This document shows positions 19,288 to 28,969 of a stretch of DNA of 64,000 bases, one piece after another. Source of the DNA: an uncultured delta proteobacterium (GTDB lineage Bacteria > Myxococcota_A > UBA9160 > SMWR01); assembly GCA_963832165.1 (NCBI GenBank), contig CAWHTE010000001.1, positions 352,001-416,000 on the forward strand, in the 5' to 3' direction. How positions within the stretch are numbered: the stretch's first letter is position 1; each line of letters begins with the position of its first letter. The translations under genes and the position numbers were made by a program. The notes beneath the pieces are model-generated. The model was not told where the DNA came from and searched no databases. It saw only the letters and a program-made list of their open reading frames with translations.

Positions 19288-20019
19288 ATGATGCTGTGCA
19301 AGTCCTGCAACACGCGATTCGAGGACGGCAAGACGGCCTGTCCGAGCTGCGGGCGCCGCATCTTCGTGAGCCTGAAGGAGGCCCCGACCCCGAAGCCCGA
19401 GTCCGAGCCGATCTCGCTCGCGGCAGCGGTCTCCGCCGCGGCGGAAGCCGAGCTTCCCGCGAATCCGAACGAGCTGTCGGCGGGCGAGCTCGATCTCGGC
19501 GAGGTGGACGTGCTCGCGGAGGCAGCGCTGCCCGAGGCGGTCGAGGAGCTCAAGCGCGAGGTGCCGGCGAAGCCGCGCGCGCGCGTGCGCCGGCTCGAGC
19601 ACGAGCCCGGTCCGGCGGTGTTCCATCTCTCCGCGGCACAGGTGCGCACGCTCGTGAAGGAGCAGCCCGCTCTGCTCGAGCCCGAGCTCTCGATCTACCG
19701 CGATCCGAAGTCGGGCGTGATCGGCGTCGATCTGCGCACGCCGGTCGGCATGATCGACCTGCTCGCGCGCGACCGCGAGGGCGCGTTCGTGGTGGTGTCG
19801 GTGCCCGACCCGCGCGATGTCGACAGCCTGATGCCCGAGATGCTCGCGCGGATCGGCTACGTGCGGAAGCACTACGCGATCGACAAGCGGCCCGTGCGCG
19901 GGATCGTCGTGATCGAGGCGATTCCCGAAGAGCTCGCATACGCGGCGGCCGGCGTCGCGCAGACGATCGCGTTCTGCGCCTACCGCGTCGCGCTGACTTT
20001 CCACGCGCTGGTGCTCTGA
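19288..20019 (+). CDS. Zinc-ribbon protein with acidic linker and degenerate NucS-like C-terminal domain
   Basis: N-terminal CKSC...CPSC. The C-domain PALLEPEL...TPVGMIDLLARD...GYV...VRGIVV resembles the NucS C-terminal PD-(D/E)XK fold. Confidence 0.6.
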   Translation: MMLCKSCNTRFEDGKTACPSCGRRIFVSLKEAPTPKPESEPISLAAAVSAAAEAELPANPNELSAGELDLGEVDVLAEAALPEAVEELKREVPAKPRARVRRLEHEPGPAVFHLSAAQVRTLVKEQPALLEPELSIYRDPKSGVIGVDLRTPVGMIDLLARDREGAFVVVSVPDPRDVDSLMPEMLARIGYVRKHYAIDKRPVRGIVVIEAIPEELAYAAAGVAQTIAFCAYRVALTFHALVL

Positions 20020-20041
20020 CTTCGCAGGCGGATGATCCGCC

Positions 20042-21931
20042 CTACCGCGCGGCGGTCTGGCGCGTGCGATAGCGGTCGAGGTTGCGCCGGATGTCGGCGA
20101 GCTGCGCCGGGTCGTGCTCGCGCTCGGCGAGCTCCGCGGCGCGCGACGCGGTGCGCACGGCATCGTCGAAGCGGCCTCCAGCCGCGTACGCGGCCGCGAG
20201 CGTGTCGAGGTGATGGGGGTTCTCCTCGACCTTCGCGAGCTGCTCGGCGGCAGCGGTGGCCACCTCGGCGTTGCGCACCGAGGGATCGGCGGACGTCGCG
20301 AGCAGCCAGGCGAGATCGTTCGCGATTGCGGAAGAGCCCGGCCGCATCTGGAGCGCGGCGTGATAGTGCTCGGCTGCGTTCGCATCGTCGCCGCGCTCGA
20401 GCGCCAGTCTTGCGAGGTGCACATGAACGCGGTCCAGCCGAGGCGTCTTCTTTTCGACCGCCGACTCGAATGCGATGCGCGCCTCGTCGGACCGCCCGCG
20501 CGCCAGGAGCACTTCTCCGAGCAGCGCATAGGTCTTGCCATCCGCGCGCAGCGCGAGCAGGCGCTCGACATGGGCGGCCGCGCGCGCGAACTCTCCGCGC
20601 GCGTTCAGGCGTTCCACGAGCTGGTCGAGCAGCTGCGGCTCGTCGGCGCCGAGCCAGCGCGTGAGCGCGAGGCCGCTCTCGGCGCGGTCGAGGTCGCCCC
20701 GCGCGATCGCCGAGGGTACGTACAGGTGGGAGGTCGCGAAGCCGAGCGCCCCGACGGCGAGGCCGAGGCCCGCGGTGCCCCAGATCGCGGGGCGCAGCCA
20801 GCGCGAGCGCGGCGCCGTCTCGCCCTCCGCCTCGGGCGCGCTGCGGATCAGCACGCTCGCGATGCGCGTGTTGCGCAGCTTCCAGATCGCGCCGTCGAGC
20901 ACGAAATGGTGCAGGTTCACGAAGGTCGCGATCACCGCGAACATGCCTCCGGCGCGCCCAGGCCCGCTCACGAACCCGCTCGGGTCGATCAGCACCGCGG
21001 GCAGCACCCAGATCGCGATCCCCGACGCCGCGGCCTTCGCCCAGTAGGTGGCATAGCCATTCCAGTGTCCCGACGCGCGCGCGTAGTAGGTGGTGATCCA
21101 GAGATACTGGAGCCCGTGCCCGACGAAGATCATCATCGCGTATTCCGCGATCTGGTCCTGCGCGTCGAGCGGCTCGAGCCCGGTGTGCCAGTGCCAGTAG
21201 TGCACGGAGAAGGGCAGCGAGAACCAGAGCGCCTGGGTCAAGAGCAGCGCGAACGAGGGTCCGAGGTCGCGCCAGCGCGCGGCGCGGCGCAAGAGAACCG
21301 CGCTCGCGCCGATGCTCACGAGGCACCCGGCGCCGAGGATCGGCAGCACCACGTCTCCGACCCGGCGCGAGATGCCGAGCGGCAGGAACGTGACCGCCTC
21401 GCTCGAGTACGAGAGCGGGCTGTACGCGATGCCCACCTCGAGGTGCATGACCAACGCCGTGAGCAGGAACGAGAGGATGAACGCCGCGTAGAGCCAGCGC
21501 TTCGCGAGCGGTGTCACCTCGACGCCCCGGCGGCGCAGGAACATCACCGCGATGCCGTAGTTCTGGCCCGTGTAATGCCACGGACTCCAGGTGAGGTAGA
21601 GCGTGAACAGCACCGACGCGAGCAGTGGGCTCCGCAGTGCGACGAAGAACAGCGCGACCAGAGCGGCCGTGGCCCAGAGCGCGAACACCGCGTACGCCTG
21701 GCGGTCGCGCCGCTGGTCGTAGACGCGCACGAGGGTGCCGCCGTAGTGGGGCGAGCTCAGCAGGAAGATCAACATCGGCAGCACGAACGCGGGCGTTGCG
21801 CCGCGAATCGCCGTGCCTGCGAAGGAATACGCCAAGAACGCAAGCGCGTAGAGCACGCCGCAGCCGAACAGGAGATCCGGGAGCGGGCCGAACAGCCAAC
21901 GGTCGGGTCGCGTCGGGCCGGCGGTGCTCAT
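20042..21931 (-). CDS. Multi-pass membrane protein with His motifs and C-terminal TPR repeats
   Basis: About 10 hydrophobic segments. Motifs PHY, WHYTGQ, GHGLQY, HHFVLDGAIW. TPR-type ANDLAWLLAT and LDTLAAAYAAGGRFDDA. Confidence 0.8.
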   Translation of the reverse strand: MSTAGPTRPDRWLFGPLPDLLFGCGVLYALAFLAYSFAGTAIRGATPAFVLPMLIFLLSSPHYGGTLVRVYDQRRDRQAYAVFALWATAALVALFFVALRSPLLASVLFTLYLTWSPWHYTGQNYGIAVMFLRRRGVEVTPLAKRWLYAAFILSFLLTALVMHLEVGIAYSPLSYSSEAVTFLPLGISRRVGDVVLPILGAGCLVSIGASAVLLRRAARWRDLGPSFALLLTQALWFSLPFSVHYWHWHTGLEPLDAQDQIAEYAMMIFVGHGLQYLWITTYYARASGHWNGYATYWAKAAASGIAIWVLPAVLIDPSGFVSGPGRAGGMFAVIATFVNLHHFVLDGAIWKLRNTRIASVLIRSAPEAEGETAPRSRWLRPAIWGTAGLGLAVGALGFATSHLYVPSAIARGDLDRAESGLALTRWLGADEPQLLDQLVERLNARGEFARAAAHVERLLALRADGKTYALLGEVLLARGRSDEARIAFESAVEKKTPRLDRVHVHLARLALERGDDANAAEHYHAALQMRPGSSAIANDLAWLLATSADPSVRNAEVATAAAEQLAKVEENPHHLDTLAAAYAAGGRFDDAVRTASRAAELAEREHDPAQLADIRRNLDRYRTRQTAAR

Positions 21932-21980
21932 GAGTGCGCGAGTATACCCCCGCAGGCACCGAGGAATGGCGCAGTCGGGG

Positions 21981-22790
21981 TCAGCGGCCCTTCCAGACCG
22001 GCGTGCGCTTCTCGGCGAATGCGCGCGTCGCTTCGGCCGCGTCTTCGGTGCGCCGCAGCGGGCGGCCGAGCTCCTCCTGTCGCGCGTAGGCCTCCGCGAG
22101 CGAGCGGTGCAGGAGCTCGCGCACGCCCTCGCGGGTCGCGCGCACCGCGAGCGGCGCGTTGGCCGCGATCGCGTCGGCCGTGGCGAACGCGGTGTCGAGC
22201 AATGCGTCCGCGGGGACGACCCGGTTGATCAGGCCGATCTCGGCGGCGCGCTGTGCATCGATCGGACGCGCGGAGAGCAAGAGCTCGTTGGCATGAACCC
22301 AGCCGATCTGGCGCGCGAGCATCACCGTCGCGTGTCCGGTCGGATAGAGCCCGCGCGCGACCTCCTCGAGCGCAAAGGTCGCGTGGGGCGCGGCGTAGCG
22401 GATCTCGGCCGCGAGCAGGATGTCGCAGCCGAGCGCTCGCGCATGGCCGTTCACGGCGCACACGAGCGGTGTCTTCAGGTCGAAGCTGGCCAGTCCTGCG
22501 GTGCCGATCGCGCGCAGCCCTTCGAAGTCGGACGGATCGATCTGCTCGCCGCGCGCGAGCCGCTGCGAGGCGACGATCGTCGTGCGCATGTCCATGCCAC
22601 TGCAGAACACGCGATCGCCCGCGCCGGTCAGCACCGCGCAGCGGATCTCGTCGTCACCCGCGATCCGCTCCCAGGCCGCGGCGAGCTCGCGCAGAGTCGG
22701 CGGATCGAGCGCATTCGCGCGCTCGGGGCGGTCGATCGTCACGAGCGCCACGTGGGGGTGTTCGGGGAGCAGCTCGAATCGCGCGGACAC
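21981..22790 (-). CDS. Enoyl-CoA hydratase/isomerase family protein
   Basis: VTIDRPERANAL, FCSGMD, AVNGHA, EVARGL, AFAEKRTPVWKGR. Start GTG 22790 inferred. Confidence 0.88.
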   Translation of the reverse strand: MSARFELLPEHPHVALVTIDRPERANALDPPTLRELAAAWERIAGDDEIRCAVLTGAGDRVFCSGMDMRTTIVASQRLARGEQIDPSDFEGLRAIGTAGLASFDLKTPLVCAVNGHARALGCDILLAAEIRYAAPHATFALEEVARGLYPTGHATVMLARQIGWVHANELLLSARPIDAQRAAEIGLINRVVPADALLDTAFATADAIAANAPLAVRATREGVRELLHRSLAEAYARQEELGRPLRRTEDAAEATRAFAEKRTPVWKGR

Positions 22791-22835
22791 GAGGCGAGCA
22801 TTCTGCCATATTGAGCCCCCCGACCGGAGGCGCCG

Positions 22836-23996
22836 ATGGATTTCGCATGGGAGCCCGAACATCGCGCGTTCCTCGCCGATCTGCGCGCGTTCATCCGCGA
22901 GTGGCGCACGCCCGAGCTGCTCGCCGAATACCTCGCGACCTACGGCGCAGGAGGCCCTGAGCTTTCGCGCTTCCGCACGGCGCTCGAGGCGAAGGGCTGG
23001 GCACGCATGTGCTGGCCCGTGGAGCAGGGCGGGCAGGGTCGCAACCTGCTCTATCAGTTCCTGTTCGTCGAAGAGATGGAGTATTGGGGGATGCCGTACG
23101 GCAATCTCACCTACACCTCGGTCGGGCCGTCGATCCAGCACTTCGGCAGCGATGAGCAGAAGCGCCGCTGGCTGCCGGGCATCTGGAGCGGCGAGTACAC
23201 GTTCGCGATCGGCTACAGCGAGCCGAACGCCGGCACCGATCTCGCTTCGCTGCGCACGCGCGCGGTGCGGGTCGGCGACGAGTGGGTGATCAACGGCCAG
23301 AAGATCTGGACGTCGCTCGCCGACGTCGCGACTCACATCTGGCTCGCCGTGCGCACCGACCCCGATCTGCCCAAGCACCAGGGCATCTCCGTGCTCGTGG
23401 TGCCCACCGACGTGCAGGGGCTCACGATCCGTCCGCTGCACGCGATGTACGGCGGCCACACCTGCGAGACGTTCTACGACGACGTGCGCGTGCCGCACGA
23501 GAATCTGGTCGGCGGTCTGAACCGCGGCTGGGGCATCGTGATGCACGCGCTCAATCACGAGCGCGTCGGACTCGCGGCCACGGGTGGGCTCGCACGCCTG
23601 TTCGATCAGCTCGTCGCCCATCTCGCGGAGGCGCAGCCCGAGAAGCTGCGCGACCCCGTGGTGCGCCGTCGGCTCGCCGAGCTCGCACTCGATCTGCACG
23701 AGCACCGCGCGCTCGCGCTGCGCAACGCGTGGATCATCTCGAAGGGCGGCACACCGATCGCCGAGGCGTCGATGGCGAAGGTCTCCGGCACGGAGCTGCG
23801 CACGCGGATCGCCAACACCGCGATGGACCTGCTCGGCCGCTACGGCGCGCTCTCGAAGGAGAGTGGCGACCTCGCGCCTGCCCAGGGGCGCATGGAGTGG
23901 GCGTTCCGCATCTCGCCGATCTTCCGCTTCGGCGGCGGCACGAACGAAGTGATGCGCGACATCATCGCGGGTGCCGGCCTGGGGTTGCCGCGATGA
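22836..23996 (+). CDS. Acyl-CoA dehydrogenase
   Basis: GYSEPNAGTDLASL, INGQKIWTS, ALNHER, GGGTNEVMR. Confidence 0.92.
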   Translation: MDFAWEPEHRAFLADLRAFIREWRTPELLAEYLATYGAGGPELSRFRTALEAKGWARMCWPVEQGGQGRNLLYQFLFVEEMEYWGMPYGNLTYTSVGPSIQHFGSDEQKRRWLPGIWSGEYTFAIGYSEPNAGTDLASLRTRAVRVGDEWVINGQKIWTSLADVATHIWLAVRTDPDLPKHQGISVLVVPTDVQGLTIRPLHAMYGGHTCETFYDDVRVPHENLVGGLNRGWGIVMHALNHERVGLAATGGLARLFDQLVAHLAEAQPEKLRDPVVRRRLAELALDLHEHRALALRNAWIISKGGTPIAEASMAKVSGTELRTRIANTAMDLLGRYGALSKESGDLAPAQGRMEWAFRISPIFRFGGGTNEVMRDIIAGAGLGLPR

Positions 23997-25081
23997 ACCT
24001 CGATTTCGATCCGACGCAGGAGCTGCTGCGCGACACGGTGCGCGAATTCCTGCGCTCAGAAGTTCCGCTCGACCGGATTCGCGAGCTCGAGCGCGAGCAG
24101 CGCTGGGACGAGACGCTCTGGAAGGCGCTCTGTGCCCAGGGCTGGCTCGCCCTGCCGTTCGCCGAGGTGCGCGGCGGGGGAGGCGGCTCGCTCGTCGACG
24201 CGGGCGTGCTCGTGGAGGAGCTCGCGCGTCGCGCCGCGATCGTTCCGCTCGTGGAAGCGCTCGCGTGCGGCATCGCGCTCGAGCGTCTTGCGCCCGGACC
24301 GGAGGCTGACGCGCTCGTCGCGGGGCTGCTCTCGGGCTCGGTCGTTCCCGTGCCGGCTCTGCTCGAGGCCAGTGACGACTTCGCGCACGTCGCACTCGAG
24401 CTCGCGGGGGGTCGCGTGCGCGGCGAGAAGCACTTCGTCGACTATGGTCAGTTCGCGACCCATCACCTGGTGGCTGTGCGCGACGGCGGCGAGCTCGCGC
24501 TGTGTCTCGTCGACGCGCGCGCGCCCGAGGTCTCGGCGAGCGCACTGCGGACGATCGGCCGCACGCCGAGTGCGGCGGTGCGCTACGAAGGCGCGCGTGC
24601 AGAACGCGTCGCGGGACCCGCGGCCGCCGCCGCGCTCGTTCAGATCGGTCGCGCGTTCGCGGCGCTGCAGTGCGTCGGATCGGCGGCGCAAGCACTCGAT
24701 CTCACGGTCGCGTACGCGTCTGTGCGCGAAGCGTTCGGGCGCCCGATCGGAAGCTTCCAGGCAGTCAAGCATCACGCTGCGAACATGGCGACCAAGGTCG
24801 CGGCGAGCCGGCACCTCGTGTTCGAGGCGCTCGGTGCGCTCGATCGCGGCGATGCCTCCACGACGCGGGTGGCGTTCGCGAAGGCCTCGGCATCGCGCAT
24901 GGTGCCCGAGGTGACGATGCTCGCCCATCAGATCCACGGCGGGAACGGGATCATCGAGGAGAACGACCTCTACTTCTTCACGCTGCGCGGCAAGGAGCGC
25001 TCGCTCGCGTGGGGCAGCGTCGACGAGTGCCTGGCCGAGATCGCCGCCGCCGTGCACGAGCCGGTCGATTGGCTCGGCTAG
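23993..25081 (+). CDS. Acyl-CoA dehydrogenase (short partner-type subunit)
   Basis: GEKHFV, REAFGRPIGSFQAVKH, QIHGGNG. ATGA overlap with the previous ACAD. Confidence 0.88.
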   Translation: MNLDFDPTQELLRDTVREFLRSEVPLDRIRELEREQRWDETLWKALCAQGWLALPFAEVRGGGGGSLVDAGVLVEELARRAAIVPLVEALACGIALERLAPGPEADALVAGLLSGSVVPVPALLEASDDFAHVALELAGGRVRGEKHFVDYGQFATHHLVAVRDGGELALCLVDARAPEVSASALRTIGRTPSAAVRYEGARAERVAGPAAAAALVQIGRAFAALQCVGSAAQALDLTVAYASVREAFGRPIGSFQAVKHHAANMATKVAASRHLVFEALGALDRGDASTTRVAFAKASASRMVPEVTMLAHQIHGGNGIIEENDLYFFTLRGKERSLAWGSVDECLAEIAAAVHEPVDWLG

Positions 25082-26940
25082 CCGGCCGAGTCAACGCGTT
25101 CCTCTGGCTCGCGTGCGCGCTCGCCTGCGCGGGCGCGCCGCACATCGAGGTGGAGGAGACGAGCGGTCCGACGCCGTGGACGCGCCTCGACGCGGCCGAC
25201 GATCCGCGCGCGTTCACGTTCGCGGTCGTCTCCGACCGCACGAGCGCACACCGCGCGGGCGTCTTCGAGCGCGCGGTCGACGCACTCAATCTGCTGTCGC
25301 CCGCATTCGTCGTCAGCGTGGGCGACCTGATCGAAGGAGACACGCAGGACGTGGCCGAGCTCGACGCGATGTGGAGCGAATTCGAGGCGATCATCGCGCG
25401 GCTGCGGATGCCGTTCTTCCGCGTTGCGGGCAATCACGACTACTCGAATCCGGTGATGGCGCGCGACTGGGTGCGCCGCTTCGGTCCGTCCTACTACTCC
25501 TTCGTCTACGAGGACGTGCTGTTCCTCGCGCTCAACAGCGAGCTGTTCTCGAGCTATGCGAACCCCGGACACGCGGTCGAGGGCGGCGAACCCCAGGACG
25601 CGCAGATGCGTTTCATCGAGCGCGTGCTCGCGAAGCACCGAGACGCGCGCTGGACGGTGGTTCTGCTCCACCAGCCGTTCTGGGACACGCCCGGCGAGCA
25701 CGCCGATTGGGATCGCGTCGAGGCGTGGCTCGGCGACCGCCCCTACACCGTGCTCGCGGGTCATTTCCACCGCTACACACATCAGATCCGGCACGGCCGC
25801 GAGTACATCACGCTCGGCACCACGGGCGGCGGGAGCCAGCTGCGCGGGATCGACCGCGGCGAGTTCGACCACGTGATGCTCATGACGATCGCCGACGCGG
25901 GTCCCGTGATCGCAAATCTCCTGCTCGACGGCATCCACGGCGCCGACGTGTACACGGCACAGATGCGAAACCTGATGGGCGCGCTCGATCGCGCGGTCAC
26001 CACCGAGCCGCAGAGCGTCGTGAGCGAGCGCTTCTCGTCCGGGGAGCAGCGCTACTCGCTGCGCAACGATGCCGATCGACCGATCACGGTACGCGGCCAC
26101 TTCCCGGCCGGCGCGCATTTCAGCGTCTCGCCGAGCGAGGTCCTTCGCACTCTCGCGCCCGGAGCCTCCGATTCGGTGGTGGTGGAATTGCGCGCGGCGG
26201 CGCCGGTCGCCGTGGCGAGGCTCGTGCCGAGCCTCGCGCACTGGACGGTCGAGGCGCAGGGCGACGAGCATCTGATGCGCGCCGAGAGCACGGGCTGGGT
26301 GATTCCCGAGCGCCTGTTCTCGGTGCGCGCGGCCGCGCCCGTGGCCGTAGATGCCGACCTGCGCGAATGGGCGCCCCTGCGCTTCGCGCTGGACCGGTGG
26401 CCTCTACCCGAGGGCGGCACGGCCTCTGCGTCGCTCTCCTTCGACGTGCGCCGCGATCCGGACTTCCTCTACTTCGCGTTCGAGGTGCGCGATCCCACTC
26501 CGGGCTCCTCGAGCGAGCGCGTCGCGCAGGAGCAGGATGGGATCACCGTCGAGCTCGATGCGCGCCCCGATCCCGCGCGATCCGAGAACCAGGGCGTGCT
26601 GTCGGCGATCGCGGACGGCACGCTCCGCAACCTGCTCGTCGAGACGCTCACCGAAGTCGAGCCGTTGCCGGATCCGATGCTCGCCTCGCTGCTCGGGCCG
26701 CCGCCGGATGGCATGCGCCGCGCGCTGCGCCGGCGCGAGGGGGGGTACACCGCCGAGCTCGCGATTCCGCGCGCGTTTCTCGACGAGCGCGCGGGCGGCG
26801 ACTGGCAGCGCTTCCGGCTCAACGTCGTGTTGCAGGACTACGGACCCGACGGCACGGGACGCAGCTACGAGTGGCGACCGTCGCGCTTCGGCGTGCCGAG
26901 CGTCACGATCCGCGGCGCGGGGACGTTCGTGAAGATGTAG
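25069..26940 (+). CDS. Exported (possible lipoprotein) calcineurin-like metallophosphoesterase with C-terminal CBM9/DOMON-like domain
   Basis: VSD, VGDL, GNHD, LHQP, AGHFH. Lipobox-like ALAC. C-terminal VDADLREW...LYFAFEVRD...YTAELAIP. Start TTG 25069 is inferred. Confidence 0.8.
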   Translation: MARLAGRVNAFLWLACALACAGAPHIEVEETSGPTPWTRLDAADDPRAFTFAVVSDRTSAHRAGVFERAVDALNLLSPAFVVSVGDLIEGDTQDVAELDAMWSEFEAIIARLRMPFFRVAGNHDYSNPVMARDWVRRFGPSYYSFVYEDVLFLALNSELFSSYANPGHAVEGGEPQDAQMRFIERVLAKHRDARWTVVLLHQPFWDTPGEHADWDRVEAWLGDRPYTVLAGHFHRYTHQIRHGREYITLGTTGGGSQLRGIDRGEFDHVMLMTIADAGPVIANLLLDGIHGADVYTAQMRNLMGALDRAVTTEPQSVVSERFSSGEQRYSLRNDADRPITVRGHFPAGAHFSVSPSEVLRTLAPGASDSVVVELRAAAPVAVARLVPSLAHWTVEAQGDEHLMRAESTGWVIPERLFSVRAAAPVAVDADLREWAPLRFALDRWPLPEGGTASASLSFDVRRDPDFLYFAFEVRDPTPGSSSERVAQEQDGITVELDARPDPARSENQGVLSAIADGTLRNLLVETLTEVEPLPDPMLASLLGPPPDGMRRALRRREGGYTAELAIPRAFLDERAGGDWQRFRLNVVLQDYGPDGTGRSYEWRPSRFGVPSVTIRGAGTFVKM

Positions 26941-26951
26941 CTGCACGCGAG

Positions 26952-27881
26952 CTACGGATCGAGGATCAGCTCGCTGCCCGTCCAGTGCATCACGCGATCC
27001 TCCGCGCGCACGCGGCTCCATTCGAAGGCGTCGAGCAACTCGCGCGGTGTCACGGGCTCGGCCGACGCGCGCAGCCCCGCCGCGCGCGCGAGCACGCCGC
27101 ACAGCGCGGGGGCGCCGTAGACCTCGCGCAGCGCGGCGAAGCCGACCGCGCCGTGCAGCTTGGCGAGCTTGGCGCCGCGCTGCTCGAGCAGCAGTAGGTG
27201 GTGCCGGTAGCTCGGCGTCGCGATTCCGAGCAGCCGCTGCAGCGCGACCTGGGTGGCCGTCGTGGCGGCGAGATCGCGCCCGCGCACGACGCGCGTCACG
27301 CCTTCTGCGGCGTCGTCGACGACGCCCGCGAGGTGATAGGCGATCGCCTCGTCGCGGCGCCGCACGACCGGATCGCCCGGCTCGCGGCCCGGATCGCCGG
27401 AAAGGTCGATGCCGCTCCCGTCCTCGATTTCGATCCGGCCTTCGGGAAGGCGCACACGCAGCGGCTCGCGCGTCGCGCGCCAGCCCGCGAGCGGCAGCGG
27501 GCGGTTCCGGCACGTGCCGGGGTAGGCGAACCCGCCTTCTGGGAGCGGCCGTTGCGCGCTCGCGCGCAGATCGCTGCGCGAGCATGCGCAGGGGTAGAGG
27601 AGCCCGCGCTCCGCGAGCCGATCGAGCGCGGCCGCATGGTCCGCGGCGCGCGCACTCTGCACCGCGACCGCGTCCCAATCGAGCCCGAGCCACTCGAGCG
27701 CGTGGACCATGTCGCGGCTCCATTCGGGGCGGCACCGCTCGGGATCGAGGTCCTCCAGGCGCAGAACGAGCCTGGCGCCGCAGCGCCGCGCGTCGAGCCA
27801 GCACAGGAGCGCCGCGAGCAGCGTCCCGGGGTGGGCGGGCCCGGTGGTGGACGGGGCGAAGCGCGAGACCTGCACGCGCAC
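26952..27881 (-). CDS. gluQ: Glutamyl-Q tRNA(Asp) synthetase (GluRS catalytic-domain paralogue)
   Basis: [15 protein letters not shown], Zn motif CACSR...YPGTCR, VVDD, VVRGRDL, KLAK. No anticodon-binding domain. Confidence 0.8.
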   Translation of the reverse strand: MRVQVSRFAPSTTGPAHPGTLLAALLCWLDARRCGARLVLRLEDLDPERCRPEWSRDMVHALEWLGLDWDAVAVQSARAADHAAALDRLAERGLLYPCACSRSDLRASAQRPLPEGGFAYPGTCRNRPLPLAGWRATREPLRVRLPEGRIEIEDGSGIDLSGDPGREPGDPVVRRRDEAIAYHLAGVVDDAAEGVTRVVRGRDLAATTATQVALQRLLGIATPSYRHHLLLLEQRGAKLAKLHGAVGFAALREVYGAPALCGVLARAAGLRASAEPVTPRELLDAFEWSRVRAEDRVMHWTGSELILDP

Positions 27882-28078
27882 GGGGTAGCAAGCCCGGACC
27901 GCGGTGGCCTCGCCTAAGGGGTCCCTCTGGGGGCGTCCCCAGCCGCTGCGTTACCCTCCGCCACCAATTGAGCACTCATCGAGTGCGGGGCTTCAGCCGA
28001 AGCAGGAACCGGGAACAAACCAGGTAGCGGGTTGGGCCGACCCTCACGGCGCAATCAGCGGGGTCACGGAACGGATCC

Positions 28079-28969
28079 ATGGGTGAGATTGCCGACGCGC
28101 TGCGCCGCGCGCGAAAACAGGGCCCGGTCGCGCCTCCGGCGCCTGCCGAGCCCGGGCTGCGCGGCCTCCCCTCTGTTCCTTCGCTGGCCAAGCCGGCTCC
28201 GTCCCCACAAGCTGCTCCGGCAACGGATGCCAGGCCCGGGTTGTCCGTCAGCTCGGTCGAGCCTCAGAACGGGGCCGTCATCCTCGCGGACGGCCCCAAC
28301 GCAGAAGCGTGTCGGCACCTCGCCTTGCGCCTGCGCGGTGTCATGGACGAGCGGCGCGCGCGCAGCGTCGCGATCGTTTCGGCCGAGCGCGGAGACGGCA
28401 AGACCACGGTCGCCTGCGACGTCGCGATCGCACTCGCCACGCTGTCGCGCGAGCGCGAGGTTGCGCTCGTCGACCTCGATCTGCGCAAGCCTTCGATCGT
28501 GAAATACCTCTCGGTGCCCCACCAGGCCGGAGTCGAAGAGGTGCTGCTCGGTCGCAGCTCACTCGAGGCAGTGCGCGTCTCGGTGGAACTGCCCCCGATC
28601 GACGTCTTCCCGGTCGTGACGCCGCAGGACGCGGCCCACGAGCTGCTCACGCTGCCCGCGATGGCTGCGCTGATCGCCGATCTCGAGCGCCGCTATTCGA
28701 CCGTGATCATCGACACGCCGCCCGCACCGCTGGTCCCCGACGCGACGCTGATCCTGCGCCACGTCGCCGCCTGCGCGCCCGTGGTACGGGCCGGGAAGAC
28801 GCGCGCGCGATCGCTCAAGCGCCTGCTCGAGTGTCTGCCGCGCGAGAAGCTCGTCGGCTGGATCCTCAACTGTGAGCGCGCGCCGCGCTTCGGCTACCAG
28901 GACTACTACTACGAAAGCGACGAACCCAAGTCTTCCTCGCGCTGGTCGATGCGAGGGGAAGGCCGATGA
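28079..28969 (+). CDS. CpsD/CapB-family BY tyrosine kinase
   Basis: Walker A SAERGDGKTT, A' VDLDLRKP, B IIDTPP, C-terminal Tyr cluster GYQDYYY. Confidence 0.9.
   Translation: MGEIADALRRARKQGPVAPPAPAEPGLRGLPSVPSLAKPAPSPQAAPATDARPGLSVSSVEPQNGAVILADGPNAEACRHLALRLRGVMDERRARSVAIVSAERGDGKTTVACDVAIALATLSREREVALVDLDLRKPSIVKYLSVPHQAGVEEVLLGRSSLEAVRVSVELPPIDVFPVVTPQDAAHELLTLPAMAALIADLERRYSTVIIDTPPAPLVPDATLILRHVAACAPVVRAGKTRARSLKRLLECLPREKLVGWILNCERAPRFGYQDYYYESDEPKSSSRWSMRGEGR

Noticed and set aside
21981..24695. 904-aa ORF as a fusion protein (likewise 576-4133, 50448-52706, 61575-63287)
   Set aside because: Only the 3' parts carry family motifs. The extensions overlap other real genes and internal starts fit better.
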